Source of the DNA: a bacterium | Lineage (GTDB): Bacteria; Electryoneota; Electryoneia; Electryoneales; Electryoneaceae | Length of the DNA stretch: 18,627 nucleotides | Assembly: GCA_043801585.1 (NCBI GenBank) | Contig: JAZDLX010000212.1 | Span: 1 to 18,627, forward strand | Direction: 5' to 3' | In this document: positions 7,381-14,641 of the stretch, piece after piece | Numbering within the stretch: position 1 is the first letter of the stretch | How the letters are laid out: each line of letters begins with the position of its first letter | Notes under the pieces: generated by a model | The model's input: only the letters and a program-made list of their open reading frames with translations | The model's database searches: none | What the model was told of the DNA's origin: nothing | Translations under genes and position numbers: made by a program

Positions 7381-9267
7381 ATGTTTCGACACTTGAACAG
7401 GTGGTGGTTTAAGGGTTTTGGCGCGCTTGCTGTTGTTTCAGCGATTCATATCGGTTGTGCAGACGGCACTTCTCTCCTGAAACGGAATGATAACGTTCCA
7501 GAAGAGATCGTCCCGCAGGAAACCGTTCCCGCTGAAACTCCAAATCGTGTTCGACCCGAGGAGTTGCTCGAAGCCACACCCCTCTGGATGGGGCAGGCTG
7601 ACAGCCTTCTCGCCGCTGGGGATACCTCCGGTTCTGAGGAACGAACCATGGAGGCGATCCTCGCACTTCAGAGCATTGTCTTCGACCTGCCCGTGAAGGC
7701 CCGCGAAGCCGTTGTCGATACCCTTCTGCAGTGGAGAAGCACTTACGAGGAAAACTTCGGTTCCTTTGCTGTGGATATGGTAGCCACGGATGAAGGGGTG
7801 ATGGAGCTTCTGGCCGCGCAGGAGGAGGATTTCAGCACTGACAGCCTGCTTGAAGTTCTTGCCCCGGATAGTTTTGAAGTCGTACTGGACCCGAACATCA
7901 ACGAAATCGATCGGCTCCCGGACATCCCCGACACGCTCAACGCCAAGGTCGAGCGGATGGTCCGTTACCTCTCGCAGAACGAGCGTGGACGCGTAGCCAT
8001 GTCACGGTGGCTGTCGCGCGCGGGGGAAATGATCCCCCGGATGGCGCCGATTCTGCGCCAGCACGGTATTCCGGAAGACCTCGTCTATCTGTCAATGATC
8101 GAATCCGGCTTCCGTGAGGACGCCCGCAGCTGGGCTCGCGCCGTGGGGCCCTGGCAGTTTATCGGTTCAACCGCCCGCATCTTCGATCTGCAGGCGGACT
8201 GGTGGTATGACGAACGCCGCGACCCGGAACAGGCGACGCACGCGGCGGCGCGGTTTCTCCGCCAACTGCACGAACACTTCGGGGACTGGTATCTCGCCCT
8301 CGCTGCCTACAACTGCGGAGAGGGGCGCATCCGTCGTGAAATCCGGCGCAACAGGAGCACGGATTTCTGGAGGTTGAACCGGTTGCCACGCCAGACCCGG
8401 AACTACGTGCCTACGTTCCTGGCCGCTCGGATAATCGCGAAGGACCCGGAGACGTACGGTTTCCCGCCCATCGTTTATGCCACGGCTCCAAAACATGATA
8501 TGGTGATGATTCATGAGCCGGTGGAACTTTCGGCGCTTGCGGATGCCCTGCAGGTCGATCTGAATGTCCTGCGCAAACTGAATCCTTCGCTGATCCGCTG
8601 GTGCACGCCTCCGAACCGTGATTCGACCAGAGTAATTCTCCCCGAGGGGTTGGGGGTGGAATTCGATGACGCCTACGCATCCATTCCGGACGACAAGAAA
8701 ACCTCCTGGACCCGGCACAAAGTGAGTAACGGGGAAACCCTCTCGATGATCGCGACGCAGTACGGTACCACTACTCGTGCGATCATGGATGTGCCCGCGA
8801 ATGGCATCTCCAATCCGCACCTGATCAATGTCAACCAATACCTGCTGATTCCGGTGGCATCTTCCTCGGTGCAATCCGCGGCATTCTATGCGATGAGCGA
8901 TCCCGAGTTGCCCGACGGATATCAGCGCCGTGTCCACACTGTCCGTCGCGGAGATACCCTGTCGCAGATCGCGGAACGTTATCATGTCGGTTTGAGTAAA
9001 CTGCTTCGCTGGAACGGCCTGTCGAAACGCAGCGTCATTCGTCCCGGACAGAAACTTGTTGTCTATCCGCCCCAACCATATGTCGCCAGCAGGAGGGTTG
9101 TTGTTCCTGCAGCCTCCATTGTTCAGACTCCCGAGCCGCAGGTAAAGGACGCCAGCCTCCCCTCATCGATGACGGCAGAGTTGACACGATGGCTGTTGAT
9201 TCGCGACGTTCGTAGTGCACAGCCTGCTGAAGAACTCATTATCCATCACGCTCCGGAGACGCGGTGA
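7381..9267 (+). CDS. mltD: MltD-like lytic murein transglycosylase with LysM domains
   Basis: SLT motifs LSMIESGF, AVGPWQFI, DERRDP, LALAAYNCGEG and QTRNYVP. Two clear LysM repeats (HKVSNGETLSMIA..., HTVRRGDTLSQIA...). N-terminal signal with a possible lipobox (IGC). Confidence 0.9.
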   Translation: MFRHLNRWWFKGFGALAVVSAIHIGCADGTSLLKRNDNVPEEIVPQETVPAETPNRVRPEELLEATPLWMGQADSLLAAGDTSGSEERTMEAILALQSIVFDLPVKAREAVVDTLLQWRSTYEENFGSFAVDMVATDEGVMELLAAQEEDFSTDSLLEVLAPDSFEVVLDPNINEIDRLPDIPDTLNAKVERMVRYLSQNERGRVAMSRWLSRAGEMIPRMAPILRQHGIPEDLVYLSMIESGFREDARSWARAVGPWQFIGSTARIFDLQADWWYDERRDPEQATHAAARFLRQLHEHFGDWYLALAAYNCGEGRIRREIRRNRSTDFWRLNRLPRQTRNYVPTFLAARIIAKDPETYGFPPIVYATAPKHDMVMIHEPVELSALADALQVDLNVLRKLNPSLIRWCTPPNRDSTRVILPEGLGVEFDDAYASIPDDKKTSWTRHKVSNGETLSMIATQYGTTTRAIMDVPANGISNPHLINVNQYLLIPVASSSVQSAAFYAMSDPELPDGYQRRVHTVRRGDTLSQIAERYHVGLSKLLRWNGLSKRSVIRPGQKLVVYPPQPYVASRRVVVPAASIVQTPEPQVKDASLPSSMTAELTRWLLIRDVRSAQPAEELIIHHAPETR

Positions 9268-10157
9268 ACAATCGTGGACGGCGGGATTTGCTCCTCCTTG
9301 TCGCCGTACTTGCCCTCGTCATCCTGCTGACATTCCTTTCGACCCGGGGAACGCACGGCGGCTCGGTTCTACCCCTCGGCAGCGGAAACGTGGGGCTGGT
9401 CGAGGTTTCGGGTGTGCTCTGGGATACCCAGGGATGGATTAAGGAAATCGACGACTTCCGCAGGGACAGCCGGATCAAAGCGATTGTTGTAAGGCTGGAA
9501 AGCACGGGAGGTGGCGTCGCGGCATCCCAGGAGTTGTATGAAGCCCTGAAGCGCGCCCGTAAAGAAAAACCGGTTATCGCCAGCATGGGCGGAATCGCCA
9601 CTAGCGGCGCCTACTACGCCTCGCTTGGCGCCGACAGCATTGTCGCAAATCCCGGAACGACCACCGGCTCCATCGGTGTCCTGATGGAATTTCCCCAATG
9701 GAGCGAACTCCTTGGCAAAATCGGAGTCTCCAGCGAGGTGATAAAAAGTGGACCTTTCAAGGACTCCGGGAATCCGTCTCGAGAGATGAACGACGAGGAA
9801 AGAAAGGTTTTTCAAGGGTATATTGACGACGCTTTTGTCCAGTTCACCGAAGCGGTCGCACAGGAGCGCAGGATGACCCTGCAGGCGGTCCGCAAGGTGG
9901 CGGATGGCCGGGTGTACACGGGACGGCAGGCGATGCAACTTGGCCTCGTGGATCGGCTCGGCGATCTGAATGCTGCGGTGCATTTAGCCGGAGAGATGGC
10001 GGACATTTCCGGCGAACCGCGGATTGTCCACCCCTATCGCAGGGGAAACCTGGATTGGCTGGAGCGGGTGCTGGACAAAGCAATATCCAGAACGGTTTCC
10101 CGGGTTGAAAACCGGTCGGTATTCCAGTATCGATGGAAGGTGGAGACAGCACCATGA
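9264..10157 (+). CDS. sppA: Signal peptide peptidase SppA, 36K type (S49)
   Basis: N-terminal TM, LESTGG, KPVIASMG, TSGAYY, TGSIGV, KSGPFKD and DGRVYTGRQA..LGLVD. GTGA overlap with mltD. Confidence 0.92.
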   Translation: MNNRGRRDLLLLVAVLALVILLTFLSTRGTHGGSVLPLGSGNVGLVEVSGVLWDTQGWIKEIDDFRRDSRIKAIVVRLESTGGGVAASQELYEALKRARKEKPVIASMGGIATSGAYYASLGADSIVANPGTTTGSIGVLMEFPQWSELLGKIGVSSEVIKSGPFKDSGNPSREMNDEERKVFQGYIDDAFVQFTEAVAQERRMTLQAVRKVADGRVYTGRQAMQLGLVDRLGDLNAAVHLAGEMADISGEPRIVHPYRRGNLDWLERVLDKAISRTVSRVENRSVFQYRWKVETAP

Positions 10158-10432
10158 ACAAAGCGGATTTGGTGGCGGTAGTGTCGTCCGGAACGGGACT
10201 TACACAAGTGGAAGTGGCTGCGGTTGTGGAAGGTATCCTGGAAGGGATCAGCGAGGCGCTGGTCAAGGACGATCACGTTGAAATTCGTGGATTCGGCACT
10301 TTCAAGGTGGAACAACGCGCCGCTCGCGACGCCATCAACCCGCAGACCGGCCAGCGAATACGGGTTGAAGCAAAAAAAGCCCCTGTATTCAGGCCCTCGG
10401 ACAAGCTGAAAGCCAGAGTGAACAACGAGTAA
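10154..10432 (+). CDS. HU/IHF family DNA-binding protein
   Basis: MNKADLV, VEIRGFGTF, INPQTG and PVFRPS. ATG 10154 overlaps the sppA stop (ATGA) and follows GGAG. Confidence 0.93.
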   Translation: MNKADLVAVVSSGTGLTQVEVAAVVEGILEGISEALVKDDHVEIRGFGTFKVEQRAARDAINPQTGQRIRVEAKKAPVFRPSDKLKARVNNE

Positions 10433-10485
10433 GACCCCCTGAGTAGTGGGGCACCTCGGGGAGCCCCGTGACTCTTGAAGTTCCC

Positions 10486-10511
10486 ACGAGGCCTCAGGCC
10501 TCGTTATTTTT
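10486..10511 (+). terminator. Intrinsic terminator after the HU gene
   Basis: ACGAGGCC-TCA-GGCCTCGT hairpin followed by TATTTTT. Confidence 0.7.
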
Positions 10512-10574
10512 CCCGACCATTGACGAATTCGTGCCGGAACCAACGGCAAGAATGAAGGATCAAGGAGTAAAATC

Positions 10575-10670
10575 GTGCCTTGCGGAAGAAAACGGAAGCT
10601 TCAGAAGATTCGGACGCACAAGCGGAAGAAGCGTCGGAAGCGCGACCGTCACAAGAAGAAGAAGCGTTAA
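10575..10670 (+). CDS. Small basic protein, bS22 / AURKAIP1-COX24 (mS38)-like ribosomal protein, 31 aa
   Basis: AAGGAG at 10562-10567, then GTG. Translates as MPCGRKRKLQKIRTHKRKKRRKRDRHKKKKR, resembling the MP.G.KRK..K...HKRKK....RHKKK pattern of Bacteroidota bS22. Below the ORF-track length cutoff. Confidence 0.85.
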   Translation: MPCGRKRKLQKIRTHKRKKRRKRDRHKKKKR

Positions 10671-10680
10671 GGAGGGCACA

Positions 10681-10890
10681 GTGGAGGACCTGGCCCGACT
10701 GGTGATTTTCGCCGGTGGCTTTCTCGTCCTCGCTGGAGCCGCCCTTCTGCTCCTGGGCAAGCTGGGGTTTGGACGACTCTCCGGGGACATCGTCCTCCAG
10801 TGGGGAGGCGTCCGTATTTTCATTCCGATCGCCACCAGCATCCTGCTCAGTCTTCTGTTGACGGTGATCCTCAGGATCCTGCGCAAATGA
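10681..10890 (+). CDS. DUF2905 family small membrane protein
   Basis: GTG start after GGAGGG. Two hydrophobic helices flank GRLSGDI...IFIPIATSILLS, matching the GRLPGDI...FPI.T motif. Confidence 0.82.
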   Translation: MEDLARLVIFAGGFLVLAGAALLLLGKLGFGRLSGDIVLQWGGVRIFIPIATSILLSLLLTVILRILRK

Positions 10891-12122
10891 ATGTCGCCGA
10901 CCACGTCTATGGGGTCAGCGAGCTGACCCACCAGATCAAGCGGACGATTGAAGGCGCGTTTCCCCCGCTGTGGTTGAAAGGGGAGTTGTCAAACGTGCTG
11001 CTGCATCGCAGCGGACACCTCTACCTGACCCTCAAGGACGACGCCGCATCGATCAAAGGTGTGATGTGGCGGACTCAGGCGCAGCGTTTGGATTTTCGCC
11101 CGGAGAACGGCACCGAGGTGCTCGTCTTCGGGCGTCTCTCTGTCTACGAGCCACGCGGCGAATACCAGATCGTTATCGAGATGATGCAACCCGGAGGCCG
11201 TGGTGCCCTCGCTGTGGAGTTCGAACGGCTCAAGGAAAAGCTCACCGCCGAGGGACTCTTCGACCCGACGCGAAAACGGCCCATCCCGAGCAATCCCCGG
11301 CAGCTCGGGGTCGTCACCTCGGAGACCGGCGCGGCGGTGCGGGATGTCCTCGTTACCCTCGCCCGACGCGGATTCGGGATCGACGTCACTCTCGCTCCCG
11401 CACGGGTTCAAGGGGAAGGCGCGGCGCAATCCGTTGCGGACGCTCTGGCGAAATTGCAGGCTCTGCCTGAACCGCCTGACGTAATCATCATCGCCCGTGG
11501 CGGGGGTTCACTCGAGGATCTTTGGGCGTTCAACGAGGAGATTACGGTGCGGGCTATTGCGGCATGTCTGATTCCCGTAATCAGTGGCGTCGGCCATGAG
11601 ACCGACACAACCCTTACCGACCTCGCCGCCGACTTGCGCGCCCCCACACCCACCGGAGCCGCTGAACGAGCGACGCCAGACCGCCATGAAACCGAACGTC
11701 ATCTTGCAACTCTGGGCAACCGCCTCGGACGTTCCACCTGGCTGGTGATCGAAAACTTCCGGCAGCGGGTTGACGGATATGCCGGAGCCTACGGCCTTCG
11801 CCGCCTTCCCGACCGAATCGAACAGCAGTTCCAGCGTCTCGACAACCTCGGTGACCGGGCGGAACGGAGTATCGCTGGACGGCTTGAGCGGCTGACTGAG
11901 AGGATCGGGCGGCAGGGTGACCGGCTCACGGCACTTTCCCCGCTGAGTGTGCTGGAGCGTGGCTATGCGGTTGTGAAAAGCGGAAAAACGGTGGTCCGCG
12001 ACGTCGCTGAACTGATGGAGGGGCAGCTGATTGACCTGATCCTGATGCGAGGTCAGGCGGAAGCACGGGTGGAGAAGGTTCGCCCCGGAGAGGGACCCAC
12101 GGGAACAAAGAAGCCTTCCTGA
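10887..12122 (+). CDS. xseA: Exodeoxyribonuclease VII large subunit
   Basis: VSELT, WLKGELSN, SGHLYLTLKD, VYEPRGEYQ, GVVTSETGAAVRD, RGGGSLEDLWAFN, GVGHETD, PTPTGAA and LSPLSVLERGY. ATG 10887 overlaps the DUF2905 stop. Confidence 0.96.
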   Translation: MNVADHVYGVSELTHQIKRTIEGAFPPLWLKGELSNVLLHRSGHLYLTLKDDAASIKGVMWRTQAQRLDFRPENGTEVLVFGRLSVYEPRGEYQIVIEMMQPGGRGALAVEFERLKEKLTAEGLFDPTRKRPIPSNPRQLGVVTSETGAAVRDVLVTLARRGFGIDVTLAPARVQGEGAAQSVADALAKLQALPEPPDVIIIARGGGSLEDLWAFNEEITVRAIAACLIPVISGVGHETDTTLTDLAADLRAPTPTGAAERATPDRHETERHLATLGNRLGRSTWLVIENFRQRVDGYAGAYGLRRLPDRIEQQFQRLDNLGDRAERSIAGRLERLTERIGRQGDRLTALSPLSVLERGYAVVKSGKTVVRDVAELMEGQLIDLILMRGQAEARVEKVRPGEGPTGTKKPS

Positions 12123-12159
12123 TCCCTATCTTTGACCACAGACGTGAGGATGAACACCG

Positions 12160-12405
12160 ATGAGTGGTGCCAGAAAAACAGATAAAGAACCGACCTTCGA
12201 GCAGGATCTCGCCAGACTCGAGGAAATTATCGAGAAACTGGAGGAGGGCGGCGAAAGCCTCGACGAAAGCCTGAAGCTTTTCGAGGAGGGGCAGGTTGTG
12301 CTCGTCCGCTGCCGGAAGGTGCTCGACAAGGCGCAGGTCCGTGTGCGGAAGCTCCTCGAAAACGGCACGTCAGAGGAAATCGACCCGGAGGCGCTGGGTC
12401 GATGA
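12160..12405 (+). CDS. xseB: Exodeoxyribonuclease VII small subunit
   Basis: TFEQDLARLEEIIEKLEEG..SLDESLKLFEEG...C...LDKA; directly after xseA; GAGGA SD. Confidence 0.95.
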   Translation: MSGARKTDKEPTFEQDLARLEEIIEKLEEGGESLDESLKLFEEGQVVLVRCRKVLDKAQVRVRKLLENGTSEEIDPEALGR

Positions 12406-12410
12406 CTCCT

Positions 12411-12507
12411 GAAAAAGTAGTGACAGTAACTACTTTTTCGCACCCTTTATACCCTGCTTTTCAGAACGGCAACAAATTTGAAAAGTAGTTACCGTCACTA
12501 CTTTTTC
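12411..12507. repeat. Inverted hairpin doublet element 1 (REPIN/BIME-like)
   Basis: 27-bp arms at 12411-12437 and 12481-12507 (1 mismatch) around a 43-bp spacer. Each arm is itself a hairpin, e.g. GAAAAAGTAG-TGACAGTAA-CTACTTTTTC. Confidence 0.85.
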
Positions 12508-12520
12508 CCGGGAAGCGAAA

Positions 12521-13387
12521 ATGATCCTCGCCCTTACAGGAAACCGGACCAAGCAGGCTATTATCGACGTCCTGCCGCCCTATGTCGCGTGGCTGCACGA
12601 ACGAAAAGTGGAGTTTGTTGTCAGCGATGACTTCCAAGGTGTGAAGGGTCTCGAAAGCTGCGAAATCGTTCCGGCGGAGGAAATCGGCCGGAAGAGTGAC
12701 GTCGTCATTTCCTTCGGTGGCGACGGCACCTTCCTCAACACCATTCGCCTCCTCAATGGGCAGGAAACACCTGTCATGGGTGTCAACCTCGGCGGTCTCG
12801 GCTACCTCACGGAAGTCTCCACCGACGAACTCTACGATCGCACGGAACAGCTCCTGAGGGGCGAGTGGACCCTCGAGCACAGGATCCTGCTCGAGGTCAC
12901 CGCCCGGGATGGCAAACCGCTCGGCCCCTGGTACGCATTGAACGACGTGGTCGTGGACAAGGCTGGGTACGCCCGGCTGATCGAGTTGAGCGCGAGCATC
13001 GACGGCGTCTACCTGACCACCTTCCGCGGCGACGGCCTGATCGTCTCCACCCCCACCGGCTCGACAGGGTATTCCCTCTCTTCCGGCGGCCCAATCCTCG
13101 AGCCGAAGATGGGCGGCATTCTGATCGTCCCGCTGAATCCCCACTCCCTCTCCAACCGTCCCCTCGTCATTGACGATGACAAAACGATCGAGGTGGTTGC
13201 CCAAACCTCCGCCGAAAGCGTTTCCATTGCGGTGGACGGCCGGACCGTCGCTCAACTGAAAAGCGGCCAGTCGCTGACCGTGCGTCGCGCAAAGAGCAAT
13301 GCCTGCGTGGTCAAATTCGCCGGCCGCCAGTTCTACGCCATCCTCCGCCAGAAACTCGGCTGGGGCGACTCGAACGTGAATGGCTGA
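12521..13387 (+). CDS. nadK: NAD(+) kinase
   Basis: FGGDGTFL, GVNLGGLGYL, ALNDVV, DGLIVSTPTGSTGYSLSSGGP, PHSLSNRP, VDG and KLGWG. Confidence 0.96.
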   Translation: MILALTGNRTKQAIIDVLPPYVAWLHERKVEFVVSDDFQGVKGLESCEIVPAEEIGRKSDVVISFGGDGTFLNTIRLLNGQETPVMGVNLGGLGYLTEVSTDELYDRTEQLLRGEWTLEHRILLEVTARDGKPLGPWYALNDVVVDKAGYARLIELSASIDGVYLTTFRGDGLIVSTPTGSTGYSLSSGGPILEPKMGGILIVPLNPHSLSNRPLVIDDDKTIEVVAQTSAESVSIAVDGRTVAQLKSGQSLTVRRAKSNACVVKFAGRQFYAILRQKLGWGDSNVNG

Positions 13388-13398
13388 ACATCCTTCCG

Positions 13399-13490
13399 GA
13401 AAATTCAGACAGTTTGAATATTCGTTTTAACAGATATGATTTAGATAGAGTGTATGCACGAAAACGAATATTCAAACTGTCTGAATTTTC
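13399..13490. repeat. Inverted hairpin doublet element 2 (REPIN/BIME-like)
   Basis: Perfect 30-bp inverted repeat at 13399-13428 and 13461-13490 with a 32-bp spacer. Arm hairpin GAAAATTC-AGACAGTTT-GAATATTC. Confidence 0.88.
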
Positions 13491-13585
13491 ACTACCTGTC
13501 CTCGCGAGACGGATGAACCCTTTTCCGCAAGCCTGTCGGTACTACTACCTTTCCATTCTCAAAACGACATGGTGAATACAAATCA

Positions 13586-14512
13586 ATGAACGTTTTCAAG
13601 AAGATCAGCCAGGGACTGACGAAAACACGGGACGCCGTCGTTTCCGGTATCCGGACCGCTGTCGGTGGGCGCAAGCTCGACGAAGAAACTCTCGAACGGC
13701 TGGAAGAAGTGCTGATCACCGCGGACCTCGGTGTAGAAACCACCCATGAGTTGCTGGAGCGTCTCCGTGAACGGGCGAAGAACGAAGAGCTGGCGGGCGA
13801 TGCTGTTTTAGTCGCCCTTCGCGAGGAACTGACGGCGATGATCGGGGAGGCCTCGGCGATAGACGTCGCTACCCCGGATGAAACGACTCCTGTTGCAAAA
13901 CCATTTGTCACTTTTATCGTCGGTGTCAACGGCACCGGCAAGACCACCACCCTTGGCAAACTCGCGGCTCTCTATGCGAATGCGGGGGAAAAGGTGCTGA
14001 TCGTCGCAGCGGATACCTTCCGCACCGCCGCTGTCGAGCAGGTGGCGATCTGGGCGGAACGGGCCGGGGTGGACATCGTGCGCGGAGTCACCGGCGCCGA
14101 TCCGGGGAGTGTGGTCTACGACGGGCTCGCGGCGGCCAAGGCGCGCGGTGTGGACCATGTCCTCGTTGACACCGCCGGACGGCTGCACACCAAGGCCAAC
14201 CTGATGACTGAACTTGAAAAACTGAACCGTGTTGCGAAGAAGCAGATTCCTGACGCCCCCCATGAGGTGCTGCTGGTTGTGGACGGCGCCACCGGCCAGA
14301 ACGGGCTTAGCCAGGCGAAGATTTTTTCCGAGAGCAGCGGCGTCACCGGCCTCGTCGTAACGAAACTGGACGGCACCGCCAAGGGGGGGGTTCTCGTCCC
14401 GATCGGACGGGAGCTGAAAATCCCGGTGAAATGGATCGGCCTCGGCGAGGGGATAGAGGATCTCTTTCCCTTCGACGCGAAACTCATCGTCGATGCCGTC
14501 TTCGGCGGATGA
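13586..14512 (+). CDS. ftsY: Signal recognition particle receptor FtsY (NG-only type)
   Basis: GLTKTR, LITADLG, GVNGTGKTTT, DTFRTAAVEQ, DTAGR, DGATGQN, TKLDGTAKGG and GLGEGIEDL. Confidence 0.97.
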   Translation: MNVFKKISQGLTKTRDAVVSGIRTAVGGRKLDEETLERLEEVLITADLGVETTHELLERLRERAKNEELAGDAVLVALREELTAMIGEASAIDVATPDETTPVAKPFVTFIVGVNGTGKTTTLGKLAALYANAGEKVLIVAADTFRTAAVEQVAIWAERAGVDIVRGVTGADPGSVVYDGLAAAKARGVDHVLVDTAGRLHTKANLMTELEKLNRVAKKQIPDAPHEVLLVVDGATGQNGLSQAKIFSESSGVTGLVVTKLDGTAKGGVLVPIGRELKIPVKWIGLGEGIEDLFPFDAKLIVDAVFGG

Positions 14513-14525
14513 GTTTTATGGGATT

Positions 14526-14615
14526 AAAAGGGGACACGTACCTTTTAATTTCCATAGCGCTGATTTTATAGGTTTTCGAGCTGACATGGAAATTAAAAGG
14601 TACGTGTCCCCTTTT
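14526..14615. repeat. Inverted hairpin doublet element 3 (REPIN/BIME-like)
   Basis: Perfect 30-bp inverted repeat at 14526-14555 and 14586-14615 with a 30-bp spacer, extendable a few bases with one indel. Arm hairpin ATTAAAAGG-GGACACGTA-CCTTTTAAT. Confidence 0.88.
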
Positions 14616-14641
14616 TAATTCTTCTGTCTGAGGAGCATGGA

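Noticed and set aside
5181..9075. Long antisense ORFs such as 5181..6083 (+) and 8167..9075 (-)
   Set aside because: They are shadows of well-supported genes in GC-rich DNA and carry no recognisable motifs.
10520..10553. Sigma70 promoter from TTGACG upstream of the bS22-like ORF
   Set aside because: No acceptable -10 hexamer at 16-18 bp spacing.
10468..10680. N-terminal extension of the 140-aa track ORF 10468..10890
   Set aside because: It crosses a terminator and the bS22-like ORF; the likely start is GTG 10681 after a strong SD.
13399..13490. Simple rho-independent terminators as the full explanation of the doublets
   Set aside because: The stems are AT-rich, 27-30 bp long with 30-43 nt spacers and nested hairpins, unlike the normal terminator at 10486. 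Termination may be a side effect.
12411..14615. CRISPR array, suggested by ~30-bp palindromic repeats with 30-43 bp spacers
   Set aside because: Repeats occur only as inverted pairs, differ between loci and are separated by whole genes; no cas genes are present.
12411..14615. Composite transposon or classical MITEs carrying nadK/ftsY
   Set aside because: The three elements do not match each other in sequence, no target-site duplications are seen, no transposase is present, and the enclosed genes are core genes.
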